Shown piece by piece: positions 10,301 to 19,702 of a stretch of 61,385 nt of DNA (positions are counted from its first letter, which is position 1; each line of letters starts with the position of its first letter). Made by a program: the position numbers and the translations under genes. Below the pieces are notes generated by a model, which did no database searches, was not told where the DNA came from, and worked only from the letters and a program-made list of their open reading frames with translations. This stretch comes from a virus (taxonomy: Duplodnaviria > Caudoviricetes), in the IMG/VR virus record IMGVR_UViG_3300040802_000030, positions 1 to 61,385 of that record. One strand, written 5' to 3'.

Positions 10301-10844
10301 TAGAGATGAAGATTATATACATACACAAGCGGTTGCATCAACTACATGGACAATAAATCATAATCTAAATGCTGCTGGTTTTATTGTAGAGGTTTGGGAT
10401 AGTGATGATAAATACATATTTCCTAAAACAATAAAACATACAAATTCAAATACAACAACTATATACTTTTCTGAAGCAGTTGCCGGTACAGCAGTTCTTG
10501 TATATTTCCAAAGAGAATTTGAGAATGAAGAAATTGTTAATACAATTTTAGGTTCGGGTGCTTACTGGATGATTGGTGATGAGGATAGTGATACATTTAG
10601 ACCTGAAGTATCAAATTATTTAAATTCACCAACAACAAGTGGTGCTATTTTAGATGAAAATGTTATAGAGTATAGTGATAAATATATAATAAACTTTACT
10701 ATTCCAACAGGAGAGGAATATTCAATAAAAGAAATTGGTATATTTAATGGTGAGGGTAATATTATGTTCTATACAAGATGTTCCGAAGTATTTAAACCAG
10801 AAAATGTACAATTAGATTTACATTATAGAATAGATAAACAATAA
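7311..10844 (+). CDS. Large baseplate wedge/structural protein (gp7-like) with inserted repeat domains
   Basis: Follows gp6; tail-P2-I-like segment (LYYLADKFG...LLKRKGT); two duplicated beta-sandwich domains; WxIxHNL repeats; C-terminal IKEIGIFN. Confidence 0.6.
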   Translation: MKFTDPNYNTLKTYFDILKNPRSSDANSYLMTWRTPIVVRGGVYTPLYQLKDNGDFVGYKFIIEEVDGDNFVFSYGGMLSTHSEATELEVGKEMYFRKDAFFRDWLNVNSDTYANFVNANKTFIYFGKIYELSNSASRYFIKFEGLKNWIMECLPQHNRTEKLTELLNVSFDQVYHEPYNMLKNVFSFFDPKEVQLKHLYYLADKFGVSIDVDLLSEIVLREWVDSLINLLKRKGTYTSYYIIFKLLFSNTRNKLNIYERWLELCHQDIFGDTTSEGYFEDHHILEHYGIHPSGGSGDLWYASYDPDNYPAPTIIPPWQNSTYTCGSDYLSLGSGSFTVFDDSGRLASQDDNSIIVHGLVPDEDTFYASRSWFSRSVAHGGFRYCFRFYVSSTTTLGGSVFIWTIANTGSNMWQNLDDPVGLYLNVSLANNLRVGLRVGETTQYLVDGQTGEADKVIEFDTWYYVTVNSYSNLDFGVDEETYVKAEVFTSNNRLPSEKVATGTLDYDGLSRDYLLMVTHTRDAAFISWYFHVAYLQYLNESNVCSKKELTCSTPLDLSEFIGVDTGNNIISQSSDMIEVEDFDPDTDTMYLYKSLTTLGRIYGGFKHCFTFFIPSSNTGSGKIYIWLQSNETEEVFDTMTTGYGFYIDNFLSLRCGLSSPSISKSIGTIKENVYYYVSIYTEDMDENYIAVDIYDSPERKSENLILSGNIAHDGATRNYLYVLNQGPLFSGSHDIIISDYYTNFTATESVAASGNLFLSPHYKVEIDLSTEPMEEGSIISENYSKELIRYWEYMKPVSKFVDYHYVLAPLAIIDDFNEYRELYENSIVGYCDTKFTGSFFVSGGTAPPSIDYGESTYVYRQGTSKSEWKIVHNLGTSDVLIQVYNEFNEIIYMDTVQVLNTNTVILTFDTAVRGSAFVAGLKSWNVLHNQTSETDPWTINHNMGTDEGALNYVFDIYNLSRTEYLVPDSIERTSTDQIVVTWSTTGKSIVKSGRMPIRDEDYIHTQAVASTTWTINHNLNAAGFIVEVWDSDDKYIFPKTIKHTNSNTTTIYFSEAVAGTAVLVYFQREFENEEIVNTILGSGAYWMIGDEDSDTFRPEVSNYLNSPTTSGAILDENVIEYSDKYIINFTIPTGEEYSIKEIGIFNGEGNIMFYTRCSEVFKPENVQLDLHYRIDKQ

Positions 10845-10855
10845 AGGAAAAATAA

Positions 10856-11641
10856 ATGAGTAGATATCAATACTGGCAATATATTGTTGACGAAGAAGGA
10901 AGACCACTTGAAGGTGTTAATATAAGATTTTATCTAAGTGATAGTCCAAATACCGAAGCAGATATATTTCTTAGTCCTACATTAGGATCACCAACAAAAA
11001 GTTCAATAGCAGACATTGAATCAAATGCAGATGGTTATTTTGAGTTTTGGGTTGGTGATGAATATGAAACAGTTGGTGGTTATGTTTCAACACAAAGGTT
11101 TAGAATAACCTGGGAGAGAGCTGGTATTTTAATGGGTTATATTGATAATATTGATATATTTCCACCAGTATTTCAAGTAGATGAAACAGATGAAGAATCG
11201 CTAACATCAGACCAAAGAAATAAACTTATAAGTAACGCATTGGCATTTAAATGGGATCACCATGTAAATTCAACTTATGAGGAACAACCACATAACCTAC
11301 TACCAGTTGACTGGACAGATGATGACCCAACATTCAATAAACTTGTAAATAACACAATGTTGAATTACTTATTCTCCGTTCTTTCTTCAGCCGGTACAAC
11401 CTCTATTGGTGTATCGGGTGCTGCCGCTCGTTATTTTACAGTAACATCATGGACGGCATATGGTGGTTATTATTATGTTGATTTACTACACGCTCTTGGT
11501 AATCAATATCCAATAGTTCAGATTATGACTCAATCAACTGGTGACAAGATGTTACCACAAAGAGTTGTTGCGTTAAATAAAGATACAACAAGAATATGGG
11601 TGACTACACCTTTTAATGCTGAAATAACAATAATAGGATAA
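10856..11641 (+). CDS. Virion structural protein (fibre adaptor-like)
   Basis: N-terminal domain paralogous to the next gene (GYFEFxVGDxYE); HxLGxxYP domain. Confidence 0.5.
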   Translation: MSRYQYWQYIVDEEGRPLEGVNIRFYLSDSPNTEADIFLSPTLGSPTKSSIADIESNADGYFEFWVGDEYETVGGYVSTQRFRITWERAGILMGYIDNIDIFPPVFQVDETDEESLTSDQRNKLISNALAFKWDHHVNSTYEEQPHNLLPVDWTDDDPTFNKLVNNTMLNYLFSVLSSAGTTSIGVSGAAARYFTVTSWTAYGGYYYVDLLHALGNQYPIVQIMTQSTGDKMLPQRVVALNKDTTRIWVTTPFNAEITIIG

Positions 11642-11649
11642 CAATAATT

Positions 11650-14600
11650 ATGTCAAGAAAAAAGTTTTGGGGTTATGTAAAAAATGAATTAGGTAGAGTA
11701 ATACCGGATGCCAATATAAGATTGTATCTCAACGGTACAGATAATTATGCAACTATATACTCAACACCTGTTTCTGCAAGTAGTGATGAGATTGACCAAG
11801 ATACATTTTCAGCAAATTCATCTGGTTATTTTGAATTTTATGTTGGTGATATGTATGAATTTGGTGATAAAATAGGTTATCAACCCGACCAACTTTTTGA
11901 TTTAAGATGGGAATCACCTGATGGTGAAAAATACGGTAATATTGATAATTTACAGATATTTTATCAATTATTTTTATGCGACCCAACAGACGAATTTGAT
12001 ACAGTAAAAAATAAACTTGTAAGTAATGAAGATGCTTATAAATGGTCAACTCATGTTGAGGAAACTTGGTTTCATAGAGTTCATCAACTTGATTCTCTTG
12101 ATATCAATGATTATTCAAGTGCTACATTTAACAAACTTGTAAGTAATAAATTAATGAAAGATTTATATGATTATATACCAACATTTCTAATTAGTGGTGG
12201 TGGTGTAAACTACATTGAAACTATTGGTTCTGGTGGTATGACATTTTTGGTAGATGCTGGATCATGGTCTTCTGAAAGTGGTTATTATGTTTATACAGTT
12301 AATCATAATTATGGTATTCCTAATTTATATCCTCAAATAGAAATATGGAATATTGTTGGAACTGGATATGCATGGGGAAAACCAGAAATTATTTATCCGG
12401 TAAGAATAGACTATGTTGATGATAATAACTTAAAAGTATATGTAACTACTCCACTTGATAGAGCTATTTTTATCGCAGGTGAGAGAATAACAAATGATGA
12501 TTTTGAGGTTGAAGCACCTGAAGTAATGGTATTTAGTCTTCAAACTGTTACACCTAGTGGTGTTGATGGTATTGTACTTGAACTTTGGGAGAGATTATTT
12601 CCTTTAAGTGATAGCGTTGATCAAGTCACAAAAGATTTGAATCCAATGGATTGTAAATCGTTTGCTTATAATAATGAGATATATGTTAAATCTAATAATA
12701 CAAAAGTAAACTTTGATACCTTAGCCGATGCTGGTAAATATATTCATAAGTATAATCCTTCAACATATACTTGGTCAACAGTAACAACTGCTGGACCTGA
12801 AAGATATTTAAGTTCTTTTGAACAAATTAATGGTAAAATATATATTCATGGTGGTTATGAAAGTGGGTTTGTTCCAGAAAATGAAACGTGGTCTTATAAT
12901 ATTTCTGCTGATACATGGACACTTTTGTCAACTGCAGGACCGGCTTATCTATTTTCTTCATATACAAATAATGGTAGTGATAAATTATATATGTACTCTG
13001 GTATAGATAATACTTATACTACTAATGAAGATTTATGGGAATACAATGTCAATACAAATACTTGGACTTTATTGGCATCAACATCACCTTTGACATATAA
13101 TGATACTCTAAGGTCATTATATTATAGTGATACAGATAAAATTTATTATATAAGTTCAAATGAAATGTATACTTTTAATTTATCTGGTAATAATTGGTCA
13201 GCTTCATTACCATTTCCTTTTACCTCCAGTGTTTATTATCATGAAATAACTTCAATAGAGGGTGCAATTTATGTAAATGGTGGTTACAACACAAATACTT
13301 TATGGAATTTTGAAACATATTCTTATGATATTGACTTAAATGTGTGGACACAACTTACAGATTTACCATATGGTTTACAAGGTCATTTTGTAGAAAATGT
13401 TGGTGGTATTATATATTCTGGTGGAGCATCATCACTAAAAAATTATGTATTAGAATATGACCCAGAAGGTGATACATTTGAGATTTCAAATGTAGAAATA
13501 GGTGATAATTATATACCACAAAGAATTTCGTATATTAATTTTGAATATAATGATTTATTATATTTATTAAGTGGTTTACAAACAAGAGACTTGGATGATC
13601 AATGGATTTATAACCCATATACAAATACATCAACTATGTTGGCATCAAGTAGTGATATAAAAAGATTATGGAATCCTTCTATTTCTGTTTTAAATAATAA
13701 AGCTTATGTTTTTGGTGGATATAATACAGATACTTCTTCATATTCATATAAATTATTTTCTTATGATGTATTAACAGAAACTTGGGACGAACTTGCTAAT
13801 TTACCAACATCTGCAGGTAGACGAGCACCAACCTCTGTAATATATAATAACAAATTATATGTACATGGTGGTAGTACAGGATCATCAACATATACAAACG
13901 AAACTTGGTCATATGATATTTCAGGTAATACTTGGACTCTTGTATCAACCGCAGGACCAACTGCTAATTATATGTGTTCTGTATTATATGATGGTAAAAT
14001 GTATGCACATGGTGGTAGAACAACAGGAGGTGGTTATTTAAATAATCTATGGTCATATGATGTTTCGGGTAGTACTTGGACTCTTGTATCAAGCGCAGGA
14101 CCAACCAATGCGGTGTCAAGAATGATATTGAATGGTGATGATATCTTTATTGTTGGTGGTCTTCAAAATAATAGTTTTTGGCAATATGATATATCAGGTG
14201 ATTCATGGATACAATTAAATTCAGTTTTTGATGAAGACCTTGAAGATTTGTCTTATTGGAATATTTCTTCAATATTAAGTAATGGTTCTATATATCTTTA
14301 TGGTGGTCAACTCAATAGTGTATATCTTGATAATATTATTAAAAATAAAATAGAAGAACCTGCAACAATAACAGAAGTTCCTTCGGTTTTTGTAAAAGAT
14401 GATGAGGCATATCCTGTATCACACTTTTTCTCTTTTAATCATGATAATGAAATGTATATCTATGGTGGTAAAGCAGAAGAATATGTAGGAGGTATTGCTT
14501 ATTCATTACGAGATACTGGATATGTTTCAAAATATGATTATATCAATAAAACTTGGTCTATTATATCAACTGATGGACCATCTCGTTTTGATTTTGTTGC

Positions 14601-16128
14601 AGGTTATTATAATGGTAAACTTTATGTTCACGGTGGTAGAGACACAAGCAATAATTATTACTCAGATACTTGGTCATATAATATATCTGCCGATACTTGG
14701 ACACAAGTTGTAACGGGTGGTTTATCAATTAATAGATCGGTATATGCTTCTAATGATGAAAAACTTTATTCATATGGTGGTTTTTTAACAACGACAAGTA
14801 CGCATGCTTTGTATGAATTTGATATGAGTTCAAATACTTGGTCAACAATATTAACCGCTGGAGATGTTACATTTCCTGATTGGATGGTATATCATGATGA
14901 TAATCTTTATGTACATAGTAATTCTTCATCATCTTTCCAATTATATGACATTTCAGGTGATAGTTGGTCAGGAGAATTAACTTATCATAGTGATACAATT
15001 TATTATTCAAAAGCTGTTGTTTATGATGATAAAATTTATATGACAGGTGGTGCCATACTAACAACTACATTGTTTTCTAATTTAATTCTTTCAATATATG
15101 ATATTACAGGTGATAGTTGGAGTTACAGTAGTGAATATTTATTAACAGAATCGGTTAATTCTAATTTAATAGAATATAATGATAAACTTTATACTTATAG
15201 TGGTGGTGATGGTAATTATTTAAGCCCAACATATATGCAGGTTTATGATGTTGCTGGTGATAGTTGGTCATTTGATAATGTTGAAAAAACAAAAGCATTT
15301 TTAAAATTTTCGGGTACCGGAAATATTTGTGAATTAATTAATAATGAGGCCTTTGTTTTTTATAACGATTCATATAATAACATATGGGAAGAAGCTAAAT
15401 TTAATATTGATACAAATACATCAACATTAATAACATCTGCATCAAGTATACCTAGAGGTTTATATAAAGCAACAACAGTGGTGGGTGATAAAATTTATAT
15501 GTTTGGTGGTTCAGATTCATCATATGATGATATATTATATGAATATGATACAACAACATATTCATTGTCGGTGGTAAGTACATATACTGGTCACGGTAAA
15601 TATAGTTCTATAATGGAAACATATGATAATAAATTATATATTCACGGTGGTTTTGATGTTGCAAAATCTCAATATACTTATGATACCATAGAATATGATA
15701 TTACAGGTGATACTTGGACAGTTGTATCGTCAGCCAATGGTGGTAGCACAGGTGCCTTCATGTCATCTACTGTAAGTGGAAGTAATATATATACATATGG
15801 TGGACAAACAAATACTACTGAATTATGGAAATTTGATATAAATACAAGTACTTGGTCATTATTATCATCAACTGGTGGACCTGCTGCATTTTTTGGTCAT
15901 TCAATATACATATATAACAACATATTATATGTATTTGGTGGTGTATCAACAAATAAAAATATTTGGACATACAATTTATCAACAGATACTTGGGCAATGC
16001 TAGATGATGTTTTTGATAAAACATTATTAGTATCTGGTTCTGTTATAAGAAATAATATAGTATTTTTCTTTAATGGTAGATATGGTGTTGTTAATAATGA
16101 TAAAGTATTGAGATATAAAATAACATGA
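11650..16128 (+). CDS. Kelch-repeat multi-propeller virion protein (putative receptor-binding)
   Basis: Many KLYxHGG..W.YD..xxTW Kelch blades after an N-terminal attachment domain. Confidence 0.8.
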   Translation: MSRKKFWGYVKNELGRVIPDANIRLYLNGTDNYATIYSTPVSASSDEIDQDTFSANSSGYFEFYVGDMYEFGDKIGYQPDQLFDLRWESPDGEKYGNIDNLQIFYQLFLCDPTDEFDTVKNKLVSNEDAYKWSTHVEETWFHRVHQLDSLDINDYSSATFNKLVSNKLMKDLYDYIPTFLISGGGVNYIETIGSGGMTFLVDAGSWSSESGYYVYTVNHNYGIPNLYPQIEIWNIVGTGYAWGKPEIIYPVRIDYVDDNNLKVYVTTPLDRAIFIAGERITNDDFEVEAPEVMVFSLQTVTPSGVDGIVLELWERLFPLSDSVDQVTKDLNPMDCKSFAYNNEIYVKSNNTKVNFDTLADAGKYIHKYNPSTYTWSTVTTAGPERYLSSFEQINGKIYIHGGYESGFVPENETWSYNISADTWTLLSTAGPAYLFSSYTNNGSDKLYMYSGIDNTYTTNEDLWEYNVNTNTWTLLASTSPLTYNDTLRSLYYSDTDKIYYISSNEMYTFNLSGNNWSASLPFPFTSSVYYHEITSIEGAIYVNGGYNTNTLWNFETYSYDIDLNVWTQLTDLPYGLQGHFVENVGGIIYSGGASSLKNYVLEYDPEGDTFEISNVEIGDNYIPQRISYINFEYNDLLYLLSGLQTRDLDDQWIYNPYTNTSTMLASSSDIKRLWNPSISVLNNKAYVFGGYNTDTSSYSYKLFSYDVLTETWDELANLPTSAGRRAPTSVIYNNKLYVHGGSTGSSTYTNETWSYDISGNTWTLVSTAGPTANYMCSVLYDGKMYAHGGRTTGGGYLNNLWSYDVSGSTWTLVSSAGPTNAVSRMILNGDDIFIVGGLQNNSFWQYDISGDSWIQLNSVFDEDLEDLSYWNISSILSNGSIYLYGGQLNSVYLDNIIKNKIEEPATITEVPSVFVKDDEAYPVSHFFSFNHDNEMYIYGGKAEEYVGGIAYSLRDTGYVSKYDYINKTWSIISTDGPSRFDFVAGYYNGKLYVHGGRDTSNNYYSDTWSYNISADTWTQVVTGGLSINRSVYASNDEKLYSYGGFLTTTSTHALYEFDMSSNTWSTILTAGDVTFPDWMVYHDDNLYVHSNSSSSFQLYDISGDSWSGELTYHSDTIYYSKAVVYDDKIYMTGGAILTTTLFSNLILSIYDITGDSWSYSSEYLLTESVNSNLIEYNDKLYTYSGGDGNYLSPTYMQVYDVAGDSWSFDNVEKTKAFLKFSGTGNICELINNEAFVFYNDSYNNIWEEAKFNIDTNTSTLITSASSIPRGLYKATTVVGDKIYMFGGSDSSYDDILYEYDTTTYSLSVVSTYTGHGKYSSIMETYDNKLYIHGGFDVAKSQYTYDTIEYDITGDTWTVVSSANGGSTGAFMSSTVSGSNIYTYGGQTNTTELWKFDINTSTWSLLSSTGGPAAFFGHSIYIYNNILYVFGGVSTNKNIWTYNLSTDTWAMLDDVFDKTLLVSGSVIRNNIVFFFNGRYGVVNNDKVLRYKIT

Positions 16129-16466
16129 GATTAAAAGAATATTTAAACGATATTGATAAAGTAAGAAACATAAAAATCGGCCTTGTGAAAAACGAGGCCG
16201 AATACCATTCTTTTATTCAAAGTTTGAAAAAAAAATATGATTTAAAACGAGATATTATAAAGGAAATTGATGAATTTAATCAAGAGTTCAAAAAAATTTA
16301 TAAAGGTAAATTTAAATTTGATTTTTGTATTCAAGAAGATATAAATATTGATAGTCTTAAAATAAAAAATTTAAGAATAAAAGAGAAATTAAAGTTAAAG
16401 TGGTTTCAATTAAATCACGATTTAAGTAAAATAAAAACCGAGTTAGAAGATAAACTTAGTGTCTGA
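16125..16466 (+). CDS. Hypothetical protein
   Basis: ATGA-coupled ORF; N-terminus MRLKEYLND. Confidence 0.55.
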   Translation: MRLKEYLNDIDKVRNIKIGLVKNEAEYHSFIQSLKKKYDLKRDIIKEIDEFNQEFKKIYKGKFKFDFCIQEDINIDSLKIKNLRIKEKLKLKWFQLNHDLSKIKTELEDKLSV

Positions 16467-16544
16467 CAAGCGTTCCTCACGGATTGGTGATTTTATCTAA
16501 AAATCATACAGGCTAAGTTCTTATTTAAAAATCAAGGTGAATTA

Positions 16545-17093
16545 ATGAAAATTTATGGTAAAACAGAAATGCGTGGTCCTTTTTGGACTCAAAGAGTAAA
16601 TACATCAGCAGATGTCTCATGGTCAAGTTCACGATTAGGTAGATTAGTATATGCTAAAGCAACGGATACATTATGGTTCTGTGGCTTGACTGCTTGGATT
16701 GAGGTTGCCGGTTCAACTAGTTTAATAAATACCAATCAAACAATGGTTTTTTTTAATTACCCATTACCTACAAACTGGACTTTAAAAACGGATATTATAA
16801 ATGATAGAATGATAATACTTGAACCCACTACTCCGGGAGCAGCTGGAACTTATGGTGGTACATGGATTATATCAGGTATGAATAATACAACATCAACACA
16901 TAATCACTATGCTCCTGGTGGTGTTAGTCAATCATCATCATCAACAAGAATTGGTAAATCAGATAGAAATGATTATCAATCACAACCTGACCATAGACAT
17001 TATCTTTCATATGATGGTACGCATACACACACATTTGACGGTGGTTGGAGAACACCGTTAGTTTTCGGTATCGTTGGTGTTTATAGTGGATAA
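16545..17093 (+). CDS. Short tail-fibre-like protein, paralogue 1
   Basis: Three HxH motifs, PxxW collar-like segment, HTHTFDGGWR. Confidence 0.65.
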   Translation: MKIYGKTEMRGPFWTQRVNTSADVSWSSSRLGRLVYAKATDTLWFCGLTAWIEVAGSTSLINTNQTMVFFNYPLPTNWTLKTDIINDRMIILEPTTPGAAGTYGGTWIISGMNNTTSTHNHYAPGGVSQSSSSTRIGKSDRNDYQSQPDHRHYLSYDGTHTHTFDGGWRTPLVFGIVGVYSG

Positions 17094-17104
17094 TAGGAGA
17101 AGTT

Positions 17105-17629
17105 ATGAAATTTCATGAAATTGATATAAAAGGTTATTTTAAATTACCTATAGAGGCTAATATTAGTTCAGTAACACATTTAGGATCAGCAGATGAGGGA
17201 AGAATATTTTATTCATCGGGTCAAGATACAATATATTATGGTACAAATACGACTTTTGTAAGAATACCAGGAAAATATGATATTTATGAAAACGGTGATG
17301 TTGTTTTAATGGGTACATATCCATTTCCAAATTATTGGACTTTAATAAATTATGGGTCAAGAGGTATTAGAATAGTAAGTACTGGTTCATCTGCCGGTGC
17401 AGTTGGTGGTACATGGACAATAACAGGATGTGATACACAAGGTGCACATACACACACAACAGGTACGGCTACTCAATTAGATTCAATTGGTAAAGATGAT
17501 AGTTATGCAGATACGTCACCAAGTACTCATACACATACAATGGAATATGACGGTTTACATACACATGCATTTGATGGAAATTGGAGACCAGCTTGGGTTA
17601 AATTCGTTGCTGCGAGGTATGATAGGTAA
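17105..17629 (+). CDS. Short tail-fibre-like protein, paralogue 2
   Basis: DEGRIFY, three HTH motifs, FDGNWRP. Confidence 0.65.
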   Translation: MKFHEIDIKGYFKLPIEANISSVTHLGSADEGRIFYSSGQDTIYYGTNTTFVRIPGKYDIYENGDVVLMGTYPFPNYWTLINYGSRGIRIVSTGSSAGAVGGTWTITGCDTQGAHTHTTGTATQLDSIGKDDSYADTSPSTHTHTMEYDGLHTHAFDGNWRPAWVKFVAARYDR

Positions 17630-18165
17630 TGAAATTTTATGGAATAGATATTCAAAATAAATTTTTTGTTCAAATTGTTTCAACAGTTGTTGGTTTAGCA
17701 CATGCTGGTGCAACAGATGAAGGTAGAATAGTATATAATTTAACAGATGATCACTTATACACCGCATCACAGAGTACTTGGAATAAAATTGTAATTTCCA
17801 CTGATATATATTCAAATGGAACAAAACAGTTATTTTTAAATTACCCATTACCAGCCAATTGGACAATTGATGCCGCTCATAATGATAGAATGTTGGTATT
17901 ATCACAAAATGGTTCATTTGCAAATGGTATATATGGTTCATGGACAATTACTGGTATAAGTACTACTGGTAATCATAATCATGGTGGTTATACTGGTTTA
18001 CCATATGGTAGAACAATTTACGCTGGTAAATCTGATAGAGAGGGTTATGGTGGTGAAGACAATCACCTACATAGCATGTCAACAGCTGGAAATCACCAAC
18101 ATACGTTTGATGGTGCCTGGAGACCAGCATATGTAAATGGAATAAAAGCAACATATAGTGCTTAA
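17629..18165 (+). CDS. Short tail-fibre-like protein, paralogue 3
   Basis: DEGRIVY, HNH/HLH/HQH, FDGAWRP. Confidence 0.65.
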   Translation: MKFYGIDIQNKFFVQIVSTVVGLAHAGATDEGRIVYNLTDDHLYTASQSTWNKIVISTDIYSNGTKQLFLNYPLPANWTIDAAHNDRMLVLSQNGSFANGIYGSWTITGISTTGNHNHGGYTGLPYGRTIYAGKSDREGYGGEDNHLHSMSTAGNHQHTFDGAWRPAYVNGIKATYSA

Positions 18166-18176
18166 AAGGAGAAATT

Positions 18177-18620
18177 ATGGCTGAATTAGATGAAAAATTA
18201 ATGCATTATAGAAATATAAGAAATATAATGCAAAAATATAAAAGAATTGCTATATATGCTTTACCCGGAGAAGGTAAATCTCATATAATGGCAGAATTAA
18301 AAAAGAAATTTGAACCAGAGTGGAATTTTTATCATTTTGGTCGTGGTATTACAAAAGAACCATACATTATTGAATTACCAGATACTTTTCTCCCAGAGAA
18401 TGTTTTAAATGATTTACCAGTTATTGATATTATTTATTGTCTTCAATATTCAAGAGAATATAAAGAAAGAATAACTGGTATAAGTTTTGGAGATGTTTAT
18501 AGACCTTTTATGGACTATATAAGAGAAATGAAATATGCAAGAGCCGGTAGTCTTAATCTATCGGGTAGAAGATTTAAAAGTATAACAGAATTAGAAAATG
18601 TGATAAGGAGTGTTATGTAA
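18177..18620 (+). CDS. Small P-loop NTPase/kinase-like protein
   Basis: Walker A-like ALPGEGKS. Confidence 0.45.
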   Translation: MAELDEKLMHYRNIRNIMQKYKRIAIYALPGEGKSHIMAELKKKFEPEWNFYHFGRGITKEPYIIELPDTFLPENVLNDLPVIDIIYCLQYSREYKERITGISFGDVYRPFMDYIREMKYARAGSLNLSGRRFKSITELENVIRSVM

Positions 18621-18970
18621 TGAGATTTAAGAAAGCTTTCAAATGTTCAAGATGTCCAGAAAATAATGGTGAAAATGGATGTCCAATGTGGTGGGAAATG
18701 ATTTTAAAAAATAGTGACACAGATGAAACAAAAATTACTAAAGCTTGTGGATTTACACAACTTCCACAAATGCTCGCTTTAATATCAACGGATACAATGC
18801 ACTCAGTTGCAGCATCTTATGATATGAGAAACAAAGTTATAAAAAATGTTGGTAAAGTAATTTTTGCAATTAATGAAAAAATGAATTTGGAATTTAAAGA
18901 AGAAGAAATTGAAGAAATGTCGTCAATCGAAGATAATGATAAAAAAATGATTGAAGATAGGGGAGAGTAA
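18620..18970 (+). CDS. Hypothetical Cys-containing protein, possibly fibre-associated
   Basis: CSRCP..CPMWW..CG; lies between fibre genes. Confidence 0.55.
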   Translation: MRFKKAFKCSRCPENNGENGCPMWWEMILKNSDTDETKITKACGFTQLPQMLALISTDTMHSVAASYDMRNKVIKNVGKVIFAINEKMNLEFKEEEIEEMSSIEDNDKKMIEDRGE

Positions 18971-18974
18971 CTAA

Positions 18975-19658
18975 ATGGAATTTCAAGAAATTGATACAAC
19001 TGGAAAAATATGGGTTCAAAGATTAGCTTCTATACCTACATGGACAACTGCTGATAAAGGTAGAATTATATATAATACAGCAAACGGTTATTACTATTTT
19101 GGTGGTGCTAGTTCGTGGGTTATAATGACAACCGGTGTAAATACAACATATTTAAGTAGAACAACTACAGATTCACACGCCGGAACAATTTATCCAACGG
19201 TAGACGCCGCGGTTAATTTAGGTGGTGGTGTAAACAGATACGCCAATATTTATGCGGTAAATTTTCATGGTATTGCAACATCAGCAAAATACGCTGACGT
19301 TGCTGAAAAATATATTTTAAAGACTGATTATCCAATAGGAACCGTTTTAAAAATCAATAATAATGAAAATTTTGAAATGAGACAGGTTAGTAATATAGAT
19401 GATTTGGTAAGTGGTGTTGTTTCTAAAAATCCTGGTTTTATTCTAAACTCTGAATTAGAAGGTGGTACATCGGTTGCATTAGTTGGTAAAACGCCTGTAA
19501 GAGTTATTGGACCTGTTACAAAGGGTGATATGATCGGACCTTATGATGATGGTTGTGGAATAAAGACAGAAGACAGAACCAATATGTTTGCTATTGCATT
19601 AGAATCATTCTTTGGAGAAGGTGTTGAAGAATTAGTAATGTGTTTGTTAAAATTATAA
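18975..19658 (+). CDS. Tail fibre protein with a C-terminal intramolecular chaperone/autocleavage (peptidase G2-like) domain
   Basis: N-terminus related to the fibre paralogues (DKGRIIY); YADVAEKY...GVVS.NPG..N...VALVGK.PV...GPV.KGD. Confidence 0.7.
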   Translation: MEFQEIDTTGKIWVQRLASIPTWTTADKGRIIYNTANGYYYFGGASSWVIMTTGVNTTYLSRTTTDSHAGTIYPTVDAAVNLGGGVNRYANIYAVNFHGIATSAKYADVAEKYILKTDYPIGTVLKINNNENFEMRQVSNIDDLVSGVVSKNPGFILNSELEGGTSVALVGKTPVRVIGPVTKGDMIGPYDDGCGIKTEDRTNMFAIALESFFGEGVEELVMCLLKL

Positions 19659-19659
19659 G

Positions 19660-19688
19660 TTTACATTATTGACTATTTAACTTATAAT
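19660..19688 (+). promoter_or_regulatory. T4-type early promoter
   Basis: GTTTACA-N17-TATAAT before the first radical SAM gene. Confidence 0.75.
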
Positions 19689-19702
19689 ATAAAATATGTG
19701 AG

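Noticed and set aside
16177-16201. GC-rich hairpin TCGGCCTTGT-gaaaa-ACGAGGCCGA as a terminator
   Set aside because: It lies inside a plausible ORF and has no immediate U-tract; possible but unsupported.
11650-19658. Diversity-generating retroelement or invertible cassette acting on the fibres
   Set aside because: No reverse transcriptase, invertase or adenine-specific template/variable repeat pair was seen in the window.
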